A stretch of DNA of 62,634 nucleotides, filler included, from Vermamoeba vermiformis (taxonomy: Eukaryota), in NCBI GenBank assembly GCA_045837725.1. It is 5 parts of 5 records of this genome, joined end to end, with 100 filler letters (N's around TTAATTAATTAA, not from the genome) between each part and the next. Parts side by side here need not be neighbours in the genome. Positions count along the whole stretch, not along the records: positions 9,351 to 25,534 come from JBEWZL010000068.1; 4 more parts are not named here. One strand, 5' to 3'. The notes below the pieces were generated by a model. That model did not search any database. It was given only the letters and a program-made list of their open reading frames with translations, and was not told where the DNA came from. The first letter of the stretch is position 1, and each line of letters begins with the position of its first letter. Positions 11,391 to 24,982 of the stretch are shown here, piece after piece. The translations under genes were made by a program, and so were the position numbers.

Positions 11391-11553
11391 GGTGCGTGGT
11401 TATTAAATTTTTGTCGGAGAAAATGAATGTCCGAAAAAAAGCGACGGTCATTTGTAGTGGCGCGACTTACGAACTCCACGCTACCAAAATAACATTACTG
11501 CACTTTATATTTATTATTTAAGCGAGCTATCGCACGAAGACTGAATACACAGA

Positions 11554-12468
11554 ATGGATCTAGAGCATTATTGGGCTAGTTTTGTCGACAAATACGAACC
11601 AATCCTCGGAGGACCTTTATTCAGTCCGGCGATGGGCAGTATGTTGTTTTTGACCCTATCTACACTCTGCCTAGTACTGGACGAGACTCAGGTTGCCGAC
11701 AAATGGAAAATACAGAAAAATAAATACACCACAAGGAAGGACGTCATCAAAGTTTTGCTTAGTTGGACCTTTACGTGAGTACAAAATTATTACTTATTAT
11801 TCCGAGCGAAATTGAATTTTTGATTTCGCTTTTCTGGATTTGACTGACAGTTCCTTCGGGTAGTCAATTTATATTTATGGTAATCCCCACTAGCATTGCC
11901 ATGTACAACGGTGTATTTTCTCCGATACCACGCACGCTACCATCATTCAAAGATTTCGTGTCAGGTATTGCAGTTAGTTTTCTTGTTTTTGACGGGCTGT
12001 ATTTCTTCTGGCACTGGGCGCATCACAAAGTACCCTTCTTGTATCGAAAATTCCACGCCGTTCATCACGAGGTACGTGCTTATTTACTGCGCAGTAAAGC
12101 AGACCAGCATGCTAACGCAGATCCTTCAGTACAATGCACCCTTCTCATACGTGGCTCAATACTTGAATTTTGGCGAAACGCTTATGAGCGGCATATTCGC
12201 AGCAGTAGGACCGTGGATTATGGGCCCTATGCACCCGCTTACAATGTGGATCTTCATGATTATTCTCATCTCAGCAAGTGTTGAAGATCATAGCGGCTAC
12301 GACTTCCCTTTTAGCTTGTCTAATTGGTCATTTGGATTGTACGGCGGTCCTAAGGCGCACGACAGACATCATGTCGCGTTTTATGGCAACTACGCGCCCT
12401 TCTTCTCGTTCTGGGACAAGATCTTTGGTACTGAACTCCCTTTGAAAGACGAAAAGCATTCCGATTAA
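11554..12468 (+). CDS. Fatty-acid hydroxylase / sterol desaturase family (methylsterol monooxygenase or cholesterol 25-hydroxylase-like), 3 exons
   Basis: His boxes HWAHH, HAVHH, EDHSGY, HDRHH; GNYAPFFSFWDKIFGT. Confidence 0.9.
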
Positions 12469-12579
12469 ATGAATAGGTAAATAAAATAATGTAGCATAAA
12501 CGAGAAGCGTTGCTTTGTGACGGTCCACCGTAAATATTTTTTATTTGCTTCTTAAACGATATTTATAGTACCACGGGTC

Positions 12580-13227
12580 ATGGCTAATAGATTTACAATC
12601 ACGAAAGAAGAGTACGAGAAGCTCAACGCCGAATTCCATAAAGTGACCCACGACGATAACGTAACTGAATCTGCGTTCGTTGAAGCTACTAAAAACGCTC
12701 TTGGCGAGGAAAAGACAAAAGGATTTGATTTAACACGATTTTACAAAGCCTTAGATATTAACGGTGACAAAACGGTCGATCGTTTTGAAATTGGATTTGG
12801 GTTCTCGTTTTTCTTCAAGGGTTCTATTTCAGAAGCTTTACAAATGCAATTTAAAATTATGGATGCCGATGGCTCTGGTACTATAGGTAATTAATTGAAT
12901 TTTTAAAATTCTTTTTTTTGGATCAAAGGACGGCTTAAAAGACTTTTTGCTGAATATTCGCATTACTCGATCCTAATATTACCGATTTCGTTAGACTTGG
13001 AAGAAGTAAAGAAATTCTTCCGTCGCTGCTTGGAGGCTCGAGCGCGCGTCACTGGTAGACCTTGGAACGAATCCTCTTGGACTGCAACCGTTCCTCACCT
13101 CGAACGAAGCTTTAAGGCCCTTGATAAGAGTGGCAGCAATGAAATCAAGTTTGACGAGTTGATCAAGGCTGTTTTGAACGATCCTGACCACCCGATGGGT
13201 CTCCTCATCACCGATATGATTCATTAG
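12580..13227 (+). CDS. EF-hand calcium-binding protein (calcineurin B/recoverin-like), 2 exons
   Basis: EF loops DINGDKTVDRFE, DADGSGTIDLEE (across the intron) and DKSGSNEIKFDE. Confidence 0.88.
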
Positions 13228-13449
13228 TGCTATTATGTAAATGCTCGTATGTTTTAAAATTAAAAATTAACCGGCACAAAGCAAACCTGCTGTATTTGAT
13301 GTGATTTGTAAGTGAACTGATTCGTGGAGATTGCAAAATACAGCGAAATTGATCTATTTATATCTTCTATTATCAAACCGCAAATAAATAATACAAAACT
13401 GGGGTATATACAAGAGGGATTGAGACAAAATTGTTCGTTCTTCTTCGTT

Positions 13450-16047
13450 TTAGAACTTTTGTGACAGCCACACGTTGCCTTGCGGCATCATCATGTGCTG
13501 GCTGTCCATCAAGAACGCAGTCGGCACCGTGCCTGCAGTATTGACGACTTGACTGAAGGGAGGCAAACCCGCACTGTACGAATAATTAAATGGTACAGCC
13601 GGAGGTGCTTGAGTGCCGTCAGTTTGTGTCGGTTGTGGTTGAGGTAACAGACTGTAGTAAGGCACGCTGAATGAAGGAGCAGGGCTAGCCTTTTGAGGGC
13701 TAGTCATAGGACTGAAGCCCATCGCTTGGTTGCGCTGCTCGCGCTTGCTCAAGCCTTCTAAGGCAGCAACAGCATCAGCTTCAAGAAGAGCACGATCTGG
13801 TTGTTGGTAATGTCCAGCGTGCGGCTCTGAAGATATCAAGGTTAGTTCCATTCGTTCGCGAGCAGGTGAGTTAAGACTTACCAAATGGAGAGAATGAAGG
13901 CGAGTGTCGCTCGACAACAGGTGAGGCGGATCTCTCTTCCTCTTCAGAGTGCTTACGTTGACGTCTGTTGTATCGTCGCTTCTTAGGCTCACGAGATCCA
14001 CTATTAACAAATAAGTTAGCAACCCGGCCGCTACCTTCCTTCCGCTTGACTTACCTCGCTGAGTGGTCTTGCGAGTTGTTGCAGATCTTGCGCAAATGCT
14101 CAACGACGACCTTGTGATCTAATCCGAACATTGTGACACCTTCACATAGTTGTAAGAAATTGAAACGGACCGTGTATCAATAGTCATGTGACTCACCATC
14201 TGGGATCGTTTGAAGTTCCGAAAGTGGACCGTGCTTCTCAGTTGCACGCTGAACGATTTGTTTCCAGCACTCGTTTGGTGAGGATCCAACGAAAGGATGG
14301 CTCTATCATTAGGGTCAAATTTAAAGTTCCAAAAATGGAGCGTTCAATTTACTTACCGGATCGTCCTCCGCAGTGACAACGAAAGAAGGCTTGGCATCAC
14401 TCTCGTGAACTTCGCAGGTGTAAGTGACGTGATGGGACGAGAGAAGGCTTAAGAAACTTCTCGCGCTATTTGCAGAAAGAAGTCAGAAACAGGCTACGGA
14501 ATTGAGGTCGAAACTAGGGTTCAAAATTATGTGGATGTGTTCCCCTTCTTAAGGACGCACAACTCCGATGGATTAATTTGCAATCATGAGGATAATTTAC
14601 CTTTTATAACCGACGGGCCAAATATGAGTGCTGTCCATAAATGGCGGATGTGGAATTACATGTCCCATTTGTAAAATGATAAATTCGCCAAGGTTGAGCG
14701 GCAAGTCAATGCCCACGTTGTCGTCCATTGCATCGCTCTTTCTGTTCGAATAAGCATACGTGTGAGTAACACAAACAATCAATATGAAATGTGACCAAAT
14801 GACGTACCTCTTTCTGCTCGTGCCTGATCTACCGCTGCTGCTATCGCTCGATCTCTCGTCACTATTTTCTTCATTGCTAGCATTCGGTGATTCAACGGAA
14901 GACGCACTGAAACAAGAAAACGATTAAATCTTGTGGAATTTCAGTTTTGGGAGCAAATGTTCAATTTGTGTCACAACGAGTCGCGTATGAAAATCTGCCA
15001 CTTACTTAGGGTAAATCGATGCTGGTTGCGCTGGGTTGTTGAAATATTCCTTTTCGTAGGCGAGCAAGAACTTCTCGTAATTCTTCTTCAAACGGAACGA
15101 CGAATCTGTAATGGACGGATCAAAGTTTGGAATAGCCTTCCATATCTTCGACCAAGTACCCACTGCTTCAACGACCTATTTATAGAAATAGATTGATTAG
15201 CATCCGGCTCGAAACTCGGTCCACTGAAAGAACTGTAAATTGGGACGGGAATGGGAGACGGGACTGCAGTTCAATGTGAAACGTGACTTTTAACGGACCC
15301 GATAGGAATTCCGAAGTTAGTAGTGAGACGCGAAAGGGGACTTGATGTGGCAGGTCCCGTGCTTTTGTTTCCTTCGCACATGTATGGCTTTAATATATAA
15401 TAAGAAAGGAGACTTTAAGTCCCTCCCTTCGGATGTATTCCAGTGCTTTGCAATTTGAACGCGCACGTTTTGATTCGCAGTCTATATTTGATACGTATCA
15501 TGATTTTGAGAACTGATTTTATGCGAAAGCACTTAAAATTGAATTTGCGCCTCCGATCCAGAATGGGTAACATTTTCATTTCCAACGAATTTGGAAAATC
15601 GTTAATTGAGGTCTTGATTACATATATTTAGCATTTATCGATATGTTTAATCATAAGACTGAACGTTTAGTGATTAAATGTGCTGGATTTAAGCGTTTGT
15701 TCCCATTTTCGTGATCCGTACTTGACTGAAAAGTAAATTTATTGATTTTCAAGTGATTAAATTTGTTGTAAATAATAATAAAAGTCAAATCAACACATAA
15801 TTGCTTATTTGTTTCGTTTAAGAAGGATGCCTTCGACATTATATTCAAAAATAAGGAAACTTACCTTTTGAAAGCCACCGTAGCATAGAACCTCTTTGTA
15901 GAGCGAATATAAGTCTAGTTCTTTGTAGCCCATGACCGGAATCTTCGAAATACTTTTGTTTCTTGAAGTCATAAAAGTGGTGTAATGCGCGGTCCAGATC
16001 TTGCGCTCAGGCAGGTGAGCGCCTACTTCAGGTTTGTATTGAATCAT
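13450..16047 (-). CDS. ARID + FYR (FYRN/FYRC) domain chromatin protein, multi-exon
   Basis: ARID: KIPVMGYKELDLYSLYKEVLCYGGFQK|...WSKIWKAI...SFRLKKNYEKFLLAYE. FYRN: LPLNLGEFIILQMGHVIPHPPFMDSTHIWPVGYK. Low-complexity P/Q tail. Confidence 0.85.
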
Positions 16048-16873
16048 GTCGAGTGAGTCGCGTGGCTATCTGTTTGATCGATGAAATCAAAATGGAACAT
16101 AACGTCCAGATAACAAAAAACAATGAGACAAAAGTGGACAAAATGTGTTCTGTGATTCACACGAGATTTTCAAATGTGACTGAAGGGACTGCAAGTCATT
16201 CAAAAAGTGATTATGTTATGCCAGGATTATACGGGTGATTATATTGGAGTTTGGAGTGGACTGCCGCGAAAATTATAATTCCGAACGTACCTTCGAGCTG
16301 TCAGACACTCGTCAAGCACATTGTGAGTGCCTTTACGAGTTCGGACAACGGTCCCATTTTGCTATCAATGTTCCAACATGTACCAAAGAGGTCTACGCAA
16401 TAATTGGACGGTCCACGTTGAAAATAACCGAACAGTGTGATAAGGTTGCACTGGGATTATTGCTTGCGCCAATAAGGAATCGCCTCCAAAGAAAATTGTC
16501 AGAATTAGCAATGATACACGTTGCAGGGAACTATTTGGTAATATTATTAGCCATTAACTATTATTTAAGAGCGAGCACATCTGGGCTCGATTTATTTCAT
16601 AACGTAATTATTGAAATACCATTTAATTTTGGCATTGCATTAAACCGTTACTATTTTAATGTATGATCCTCAATTGATAATTAAAAATAATTAGTTAAGT
16701 TTGGAATTTCGTTAAACGCAACGCCCATCCCCGCAGATGAGACAAAATCGACTGTCGTTGCGGGTAGGACTTACCTGTGAGAGTTCGAATATTGCAATGC
16801 TATGTTGTGCGTACTACAGCAAGGTCAATAGAACTTTACAACCAAATTTTGCTTTATCCCCGCTGTAGCAACA

Positions 16874-19089
16874 ATGAGGCACTACAACTACGCAGCGCTA
16901 GCAGTATTATTAGCATTAAGTGGTATGTATCGTACAGAGCTTTTCTTTGCCATACGGTATCGTTTGTTGTACTCGCCTGATCCTCTTTTTGTAGCGCTGC
17001 TCTGCGTGAGATCTGAAAATGTCGGTCTTACAACAGAACTATGCGGTGACGGCATCGATCAAGATTCAGACGGAGCAGATCTGCTGTGTCCTGGTGACGA
17101 TAAAGACAACGATGGCTTCACTAGCGACCAAGATTGTGATGATACAAACAGGTACGAGCAACTGCTATATAATATTGCTACTATAGCTATTGATAACGAT
17201 GGCGTTATTTTTTAAAAATTAAAATGTTAATTGAGGATCCTTTTTCGTGCAGGTATATTTACGACAGCATTAGCGTGGCTTGCTCGTGTTCAGGAGGTTC
17301 CGGGTGGAAGACTTGTAAAGGAAGTTCGTTCACCTCTTGCGAGTGTGCTGCTCCTCTGTGCGAAGGTACTTGATCGGATCGTTTTACCTACCGAGCTAAC
17401 CCGCAGTATTTTAGCTACAGGCGACGGAAAATGCTATTATGTAGATTCTGTAAATGGAGACGATGCTAATCCTGGTACTTACGCTCAACCTTGGAAGTCG
17501 TACTTGAAATTTAACACGTATTACTCTGAGAACTTGAACGGCAAGTAGCGCAGCACTCATTGCTAGCCAGAACTAATTGTCTAATAGCCGTCAAACTCTC
17601 CGCTGGTGATTGCGTCTATTTCATGAACGGCAGCTACAGCGACACTTTCAAGTACGACCAGAGTACTTTTGGAATGTTCTTCCGCTCGTTGCACCCCACG
17701 ACACCTATTATGTTGAAGAACTATCCTGGCCACATGCCCACGTTCAATGCTCCTGGCACACTTGGCATCCACCTGCTGCAGAGCTCGAACTTCATCATCG
17801 AGGGCTTCGAAGTCACCGCTCCATCGTACGGTGCGGGAATTTTCATTGCTGAAGTCACCAACGTTACCATTCGCAACTGCTGGGTACACGACATTGACGG
17901 TCGCGACAACAACAACATTGCTGGTGTGCATCTGTTGACTTCGTACAATGGACACGTGCACCACAACCGTATCAACGACAACTACGACCGAACGAATGAC
18001 GACACTGGTGGAGTTAAGACAGCGAACTCTCGTAACATGGTGTTGTTCAACGGCGGTGACAACAGAATCGTGTACAACGTTATTTATCAGACCAAAGATC
18101 CGCTCGATGATGTCACTGGTGGAGGCATCACGTACAAACACCGTGGTGACGACGACAAGACTTTTGAAGTCGCTTACAACTACTTTTGGAGTAAGTCACT
18201 CTATGAGCATCGACCCTATTCTAACGATTGTATTCGAATAGACAGCGGCTTCCACGCCATCGGATCTGGAACAGCGTAAGTCTCCAGTCAAGTCTCGGTT
18301 CTCTAATCAATATCTGTGCAGTAATTCACACGTTCATCACAATTTAATTGTCAACTGCATGCAAGCTTTCTCGTTCAACGATCACGGAGGAGGCACGTCA
18401 ATGGTACGACATAACTTTAGTAAACTATTGTGCCGTTGTTAACAGCTAGTTCGCAGTTCGGCAACGTTATTGAATACAACACGATTGTGTCCACGACTGG
18501 CCTGATCTACATACCCGTCGACACTTATGGCACTCCCATTGGCTCACTTGAATACACGAACAACGTCATCGTGGACAACACTGCGGAGTTCAATCGGTTA
18601 CACCCGACCTGGGAGACCAAGCCAATTATTGCCATCGATCGTTACGGTAGCAACGACTACTACAACAAAACTGTGCCGTTCTTAACCTTCGACAACAACT
18701 GCTACGCTTACCTCGCTGGAAATGAAAAGAGTTGGGACTTGTACAGCTTGGGCGAATCATACGGAGGTACCTCTTTAATTTCTAATACTTCAATTCCAGA
18801 GCGTACTAATTAGGTTGCAACAGGTACTTACAACATTACTGAGTGGCAAGCCGAAGGTTTCGATAAAAACTCCTTCATCGAAGACGCAGGCTTGAACACG
18901 TACTTTGTCGCAACCTCCACCAACTGCAAGGGCAAGGGTTTTGCAACCTTCTCTGGCAGCAATCCAAGCAGTCCAACCTCGACCAGTCCATCTAGTCCGA
19001 GGTCACAAACACCGACCAGATCTGCGACTTCCAGCGCTGCTTTAACGGTGGTGTCAGGTTTATGTGTCGCTGCACTCTTAGCTCTCTAA
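16874..19089 (+). CDS. Secreted, probably GPI-anchored right-handed beta-helix protein with N-terminal Asp/Cys metal-binding motifs
   Basis: Signal peptide; ELCGDGIDQDSDGAD/DKDNDGFTSDQDCDDTN; YYVDSVNGDDANPGTYAQPWKS (DUF1565-like entry motif); beta-helix repeats (SSNFIIEGFEV, NVTIRNCWVHD); S/T/P stalk and hydrophobic tail. Confidence 0.82.
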
Positions 19090-19323
19090 GTATTCATCAT
19101 TGATGATGCTCTGTATTAATTTGAAACAACAAAGTGTTTTTACTAGAACAACGAGCTTTACATTAGCGTTGTTTGCTCTTTTCCTCGTGCGTAATTGCTC
19201 GTTCAAAGGGAGTGACTGATGGGCGCTAGTCAAGCTAGCTTAGGACGGGCGCTTTGACAAGTCAGCTCGGCATCCACTATCTCGAAGGCAGTCGTCTTGA
19301 TTCGTGTTCGCAACTATTGCTCT

Positions 19324-20709
19324 CTAAGTCATGTCTGGGTACTTGCACTCGGCGTACTTGCAGGTGTAGAACAAATAGTTCTCGGGTCGTTGTTTCGTGT
19401 TGAAGTTGCCGCAGTACTCTTCAGTGACGGGGTGAATGTTGACGGTGAATCCTGCCTCTCTCATCTTCTCAACGAAGAATGGCACGCCCTTAACAAGCAA
19501 TCATTAGTCACTGACAGAATGAAAATAACTCGGTTTGATAGGCTTTGCACGAGAATTTGATTCAGATTTATAGGTAAGGTAGCCTGGGTTTATCGTCAGG
19601 TTCATTCGTCGACATAACGTCGAGTGAATAAACAGTCGGACAAATGCCGGTTTTCATCACGCAAAAAAACTCGTGCCCATAGTGAAGGATAAAAAGGGCG
19701 GACTGGATCCAATACTTACGTCTCTATCAGTAGACAGCAGCTCGTAGAATACACCATCGGGCTTCATGTATCGCTTGATAACTTTAACGAGTGCTTCAAC
19801 ACTCTTGGGTGAGTAAGTCAACTCGGAGCCCATAACCACATCGGCTTTTGGGAGTGGATCGTCCTGAAGGTTGGTCAATACTAAGGACTCGTCATGAATA
19901 GAAATGAGTTACGTACCTCTTCTTTGAGATTGTCAATCTCATCCCAGTTCAAATAAGCGACTTTGGTGGTGGCGATCTTGTCTCGAATCTCCTTTGGCTG
20001 CACTTCATCTTCGTCGCCGTCCATAGAATTCAAGTGCACGTTGTACTTCAAGTTGTCAATCACTGGATCGAGGTAGTCGGTCAAGTAGACTTGTTTAGCG
20101 TAACGAGCCATGACAATGCCAGTCAAGCCACATCCACTGCCAAGTTCTATGGTGAGCAGTTAGCAGCTGACAATTTATATCATGAGCGCGCATGATGCTT
20201 ACCAATCACAGTACTATCCTTGAATAACGCAGCGTGCTTGTTGACCCATCTAGACATGATAATGGCTGCATCCCAAATAGCGCAACCAAGGCCACCGTCG
20301 ATAATTGAAATCTCTCTAACAAATGTGTGAAAAATTAAAGAAAGCAAAGGGCAACGAGAATAAATATTGGGGGCCAATCGCATCTCACGATGCGATCTAG
20401 AGCGATCAAAAAGGATATATTTCAAAGTCTGACCATTTCTTGTTCTTCTTATCGAAGGTACCGAAGCCTACCGTTTTTCGCTTCGTTCTATTGTGGCCAA
20501 GAGCGTACTCTTGCCAATTTACACCAAGATCACCTGCATCAAAATAAAATTAAAAACTTTTATTCGTAAAAATATATTTGCTAGTACTACGAGTGTACGT
20601 TTAATTCATATGCCCAAGCGTAATATTATGTAAAATATCAGGCACGGCAGACCTGGCACCAGTATCCAGGTTAGATTTACTTACCAACACGCTCTCGTCC
20701 GTTGAGCAT
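19324..20709 (-). CDS. SAM-dependent protein methyltransferase, Methyltransf_16 (METTL21/EFM-like) family, multi-exon
   Basis: GLGCAIWDAAIIMSRW; VI|ELGSGCGLTG; YLTDY; LNW; DVVMGSELTY. The first exon (MLNGRERV) is inferred. Confidence 0.85.
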
Positions 20710-20921
20710 CGTGAACTATACACTAGAGCTCTATTACACGAGATGTTATGGTCGTAGTATTGTGCGTATGATTTAGAATGAGGATTGATGATAACTGAGC
20801 GAGCTAAAAATGGGTTGAATAAAATTGATAACAGTAACCAAGGAAAAAGTTCTGAAGCAAAACCTTTGTTCCGTGATCTGTTGACCACAACTCACTTGTA
20901 TTATACGTGTATATTGTCGAT

Positions 20922-22198
20922 ATGGGTCATCCGATTTTGACTGAATCTGATTTGGACGGATACATCTCAGTCTTGAAACAATGCAAAGTCCTTCCTGAAC
21001 CAGACCTTAAGCGATTGATCGAAATGGTAATTATATTACCGCTATTAGAAGCACAATTATTAGATTCAGTCAATTTTAATATTCAATTTTTGAAAATAAT
21101 AATATTCAATTTCAGTCGTTGTATTCTATCAATCAACTTGCTATTAATTTTAAAAATATTATATGCACCATAAATATTAATATTTGCATTGCCAGGTCAA
21201 ATATATTTTGATGGAAGAACCGAACGTTCAAGAAGTCGCTCCTCCCGTGATCGTCTGCGGAGACATTCATGGTCAATTTCACGATTTGCTAGAATTATTT
21301 AGAATTGGTGGCGAAGTTCCTCACAGCAAATACATCTTTATGGTACGTACACGCGCCGTGGGAAATCCAATCCACCGACAAAATCTCCCGCTATCTGGCG
21401 TTGCAAATGTCGCTAATATGAATTATTCTGTAGGGTGACTACGTTGATCGTGGCTATTTCTCAGTTGAGACATTCACTTACTTGTTGGCACTCAAGGCGA
21501 GGTAAGACATCGCATCCTGCAATTCTTCTGCCTTAGTCTTGATGTCCGTACATATTAAATCCATTGAATTAATTGCGCATTACAGACACCCCGACTGCAT
21601 CACTTTGTTGCGCGGTAACCACGAGTCCAGACAAATTACTCAAGTCTACGGTTTCTACGACGAGTGCTTCCAGAAGTACGGCTCAGCCACTCCTTGGAAG
21701 ATGTTCACTCAGATCTTCGACTTGCTCAACGTCGCTGCCGTGATTGGCAACAAGGTCTTCTGCGTGCACGGCGGTCTTTCTCCTGAGCTCAAGACGATCG
21801 ATCAGATCCGCACCATCAAGCGCGACCAAGAAATTCCCATTCAAGGCGCGTACTGCGACTTGATGTGGTCCGACCCTGAAGAAATCGAAACGTGGCAAGT
21901 GGGTCCTCGTGGCACTGGCTGGCTGTTCGGCTCGCGTGTCGTCGGTCACTTCTTGCAGCACAACGGCCTCGACTTGATGGCGCGTGCTCATCAGCTCGTG
22001 CAAGAGGGCTACAAGTTCATGTTCGATCAACAACTCGTCACCGTGTGGTCTGCCCCTAACTACTGCTACCGCTGCGGTAACGTCGCATCAATCATGACGC
22101 TCGATGAGGGCTTGAACCGCGACTTTAAGATCTTCAACGCCGTGCCTGAGAACGAACACTTCATTCCCAAGCACAAGCCCATCTCTTACTTCACTTAA
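20922..22198 (+). CDS. PPP6C: Ser/Thr protein phosphatase 6 catalytic subunit (PP2A-related), 4 exons
   Basis: [58 protein letters not shown]. Confidence 0.92.
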
Positions 22199-22388
22199 AA
22201 TGCTCACGACACAGAGTGTTTTTCTTTTTGTTTAGTTTTCTCTATCAGCTTGTAGCTATGCGTTTAGTTTAGTCTTAAAAATGTAATATAAAATTGTTGG
22301 TCTTTTCGTACCCGCGTCTATAACGATAATCATAATTTATATATGCGTATGATACATTTTTAACGTTGTTTTACTGTTATTGCTGCAC

Positions 22389-23629
22389 TTATTTAGTATC
22401 AGCATCCGCCAAACGAGAAGTGACATCCGGCAACTTGTTGTAAATAGGCAAAGCGACAGAGTCAGATGTCTTAATTGAAATTGAGCGTACATTCGACCAT
22501 TTCTTGGGCAACTTGGCGACAATATCGTTGATTGATTGCGTAATGTTTTCAGCGACTTGTTGCTCAGTCATGGTTGTGCGTGCGATACGAACGTTCCTTA
22601 CCGAAATATTAGACTCAAATACGAATGTACATGCAGCCAGTGGCACTTACAAGCATGATCCAGCAGGGATGGTAACAAAAGTGCATTTCAAAATGTTCTC
22701 GTACTTCTTAGCGATCGAGGTTTGCGTGATCTTAACTGATACGGGGTATCTACGTGTTTGTAAGCAATTGTAGCTGCATGTAAATTCGCGAACAGGACTT
22801 ACCGCTTAGATTTGAAAAATTCGCGGCCGAGGTACTTGGGGAGCGTGTTGCTGAGTGCCTCATCGCAAACAAACAGATCGTAAGAGCCGAGCAATTTGCG
22901 GCGAGCTTCAAAATTGTTGTATTTTGCCTTTAATTTTGCAGGGGATAAAATCTACATTTTAAAAGGTCAATATTAATTCGTTGATCGCGATCAACCAAAT
23001 CTCGATCTTGGATCGCAAATTCGAGCGTACCTTTTTGGGTGAAACGCCAACTTGTTCAAACATTTCTTTGTATTGCTTGATGGGATCTTTTACAAAGAAG
23101 CAAACTTCAACATTTTGGTCGTGAAGGGGATTCGGCAAGGGGCTAAATAAAATTAATTCAATCAGCGCCATCTTCCATAGAAAAAACCAATGTTATTATA
23201 TATGCATACATTGGTGATGGCTTGTAATTTTTAGCCTTCTCTGGAATTTTGTTTAATGTAATAATGAGTGAGATGAAGTCGTCGTTTTCGAACAGTTGCG
23301 CTTTCTGACTATCCTTTCCGTGCACATATTTCAATAATGATTTAACTGCTTTGGAGACCTAAGTAAATGGACGATTAATATTTCGACAATTAACGATCCA
23401 GTAAATCCGCGATCAAAAATAGAAATCAAACGTGTAATGAAATAAATTGCGCCATATTACTTACCAAACCGACATTCAAGTGATCGTGGGGCTTTAAATC
23501 AAGTGTATCTTCTTTAGGAGTTACTTCCATCGCATCTTTCGTTTCCTTTTGTTTCTTCTTGGATTCGTTGTTTGCAACGATGACCTTAGTCTTTTTCATA
23601 GGTTGTGCTTGAGCTACTTTAGTTGCCAT
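22389..23629 (-). CDS. RSL1D1: Ribosomal L1 domain-containing protein (RSL1D1/Utp30/Cic1), multi-exon
   Basis: VCFFVKDP; NNFEARRKLLGSYDLFVCDE; LPKYLGREFF; LPKKWSNVRSISIKTSDSVALPIY. Confidence 0.88.
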
Positions 23630-23710
23630 TTATGTTATTCAACGCCTCTAGTGGTTATTCGTTGATTTGGATCAAAAACAATAATTTCATTCACCTCGAT
23701 CGCACAAGTC

Positions 23711-24595
23711 ATGAGCAAGAGAAAGGCCGGGTTATTCGAGGGTAAATATTTGCAAGAGAATACGTATGAAAGTTAGTTAATTGTAATATAGAGGACAACG
23801 CTGGGGGCGCTCGAGGCGGAGGATCGAGAAGAACTTCAAGTAAGTCAAATAAGGCTGCCAAAATATTTTTAATATTTATTAATGTTTATATAGCACGTAG
23901 TAAGCAATGGGCCGCAGGATTTCGTGTTGTTGACGATCAGACGAGGCGGGAACAAAATCAAGCTAGATTAGAAACGCTGGAGCGAGAAAATTACGATGAT
24001 AGAGAGAATAACATACCCGAAGATGAGGACTTTAAAGTAGTGCTTGACAGTGATGACGATGAAGGAGGTAAGTTATTTAAAATTATTTATTTTTATTTTC
24101 GTTCATACATGAGAAATAGCGCTTATAAGATTGGTCTTTAATAGTAATTTTATTATAATAAATAGACGTATTTTCCAAACGACCAACAAAGCGAAGGAAG
24201 ATCCGAAAATCTCAAGACGGCCCTAAGCGCCGACGAGTGCGTTACAGTAACTTCAATCAAGTATTAGATCACGAGGTAGGCTCCATTTGAAGTAAAATTT
24301 CGTGCAATAGTGATATTCTAATGCTGTTTGACAGCACTACGATGCGTACCCAGCCTCGGTCCCCACTTACCTTTCCATCGCTGCACGACCCTCAGTATTG
24401 CCGCCGCGCGTGTTTTGCTTCGTGTGTGGGTAAGTCTTATCGATTGTTATTCCATGTACGGTGAATGACAGGTTTGCTAATCTGTTGTGTAGCCAACAAG
24501 GTCCGTACTCTTGTCCTCGCTGTGGTGTGCGCTTCTGCAGTGTGAAGTGTGATGCAGTACACAAGGAGTCACGTTGTCAGAAATTCATCCAATAA
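23711..24595 (+). CDS. ZNHIT1: HIT zinc-finger protein of SWR1/SRCAP (ZNHIT1/Vps71/SWC6), 6 short exons
   Basis: Manual splicing: VVDDQTRREQNQARLETLERENY...PTYLSIAARPSVLPPRVFCFVCG|QQGPYSCPRCGVRFCSVKCDAVHKESRCQKF. Missed by the ORF track. Confidence 0.88.
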
Positions 24596-24982
24596 TTGTA
24601 GAGTGTACACGAACTTGTATTATAGAATAAATATGTCGATTAGCAATAAATTTTATAGAACTATTAACTACCAACCTCACTCACGCTACTTTAACTCGGA
24701 TACGAAAGAAAACATAGATTATGGGCAATATAAAAGTTCCAAACCTGCTGGTGGTTCGAAACAGTACAATAAAAAGCGAAATTTCTTAAACGTAATGCGT
24801 AAATCGGTCTTAACTCTTTGTTAATGCTCTTATTAACAAATGACTGATGTTTTTGGTGACCACCGGGCGCGCGGTTACAACCTTTTCCAATTTTATTCTC
24901 GGGCAAGGAAAACTCGTGCACGTTCTGAACGGTGAAAGAATTTTCTGTTTTCTTTGGTTAAATTTTATTTGTACTGATAATA

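Noticed and set aside
15200-15436. RNase P/MRP, TPP or cobalamin riboswitch, hammerhead or telomerase RNA identity
   Set aside because: Isolated words resemble these (GAAACUCGG, UGAAA, GACCUGCC), but the required motif order, the CUGANGA core and a CUAACCCU template are missing.
16235-16666. 143-aa ORF
   Set aside because: GTG start, no motifs, AT-rich intergenic region between divergent genes.
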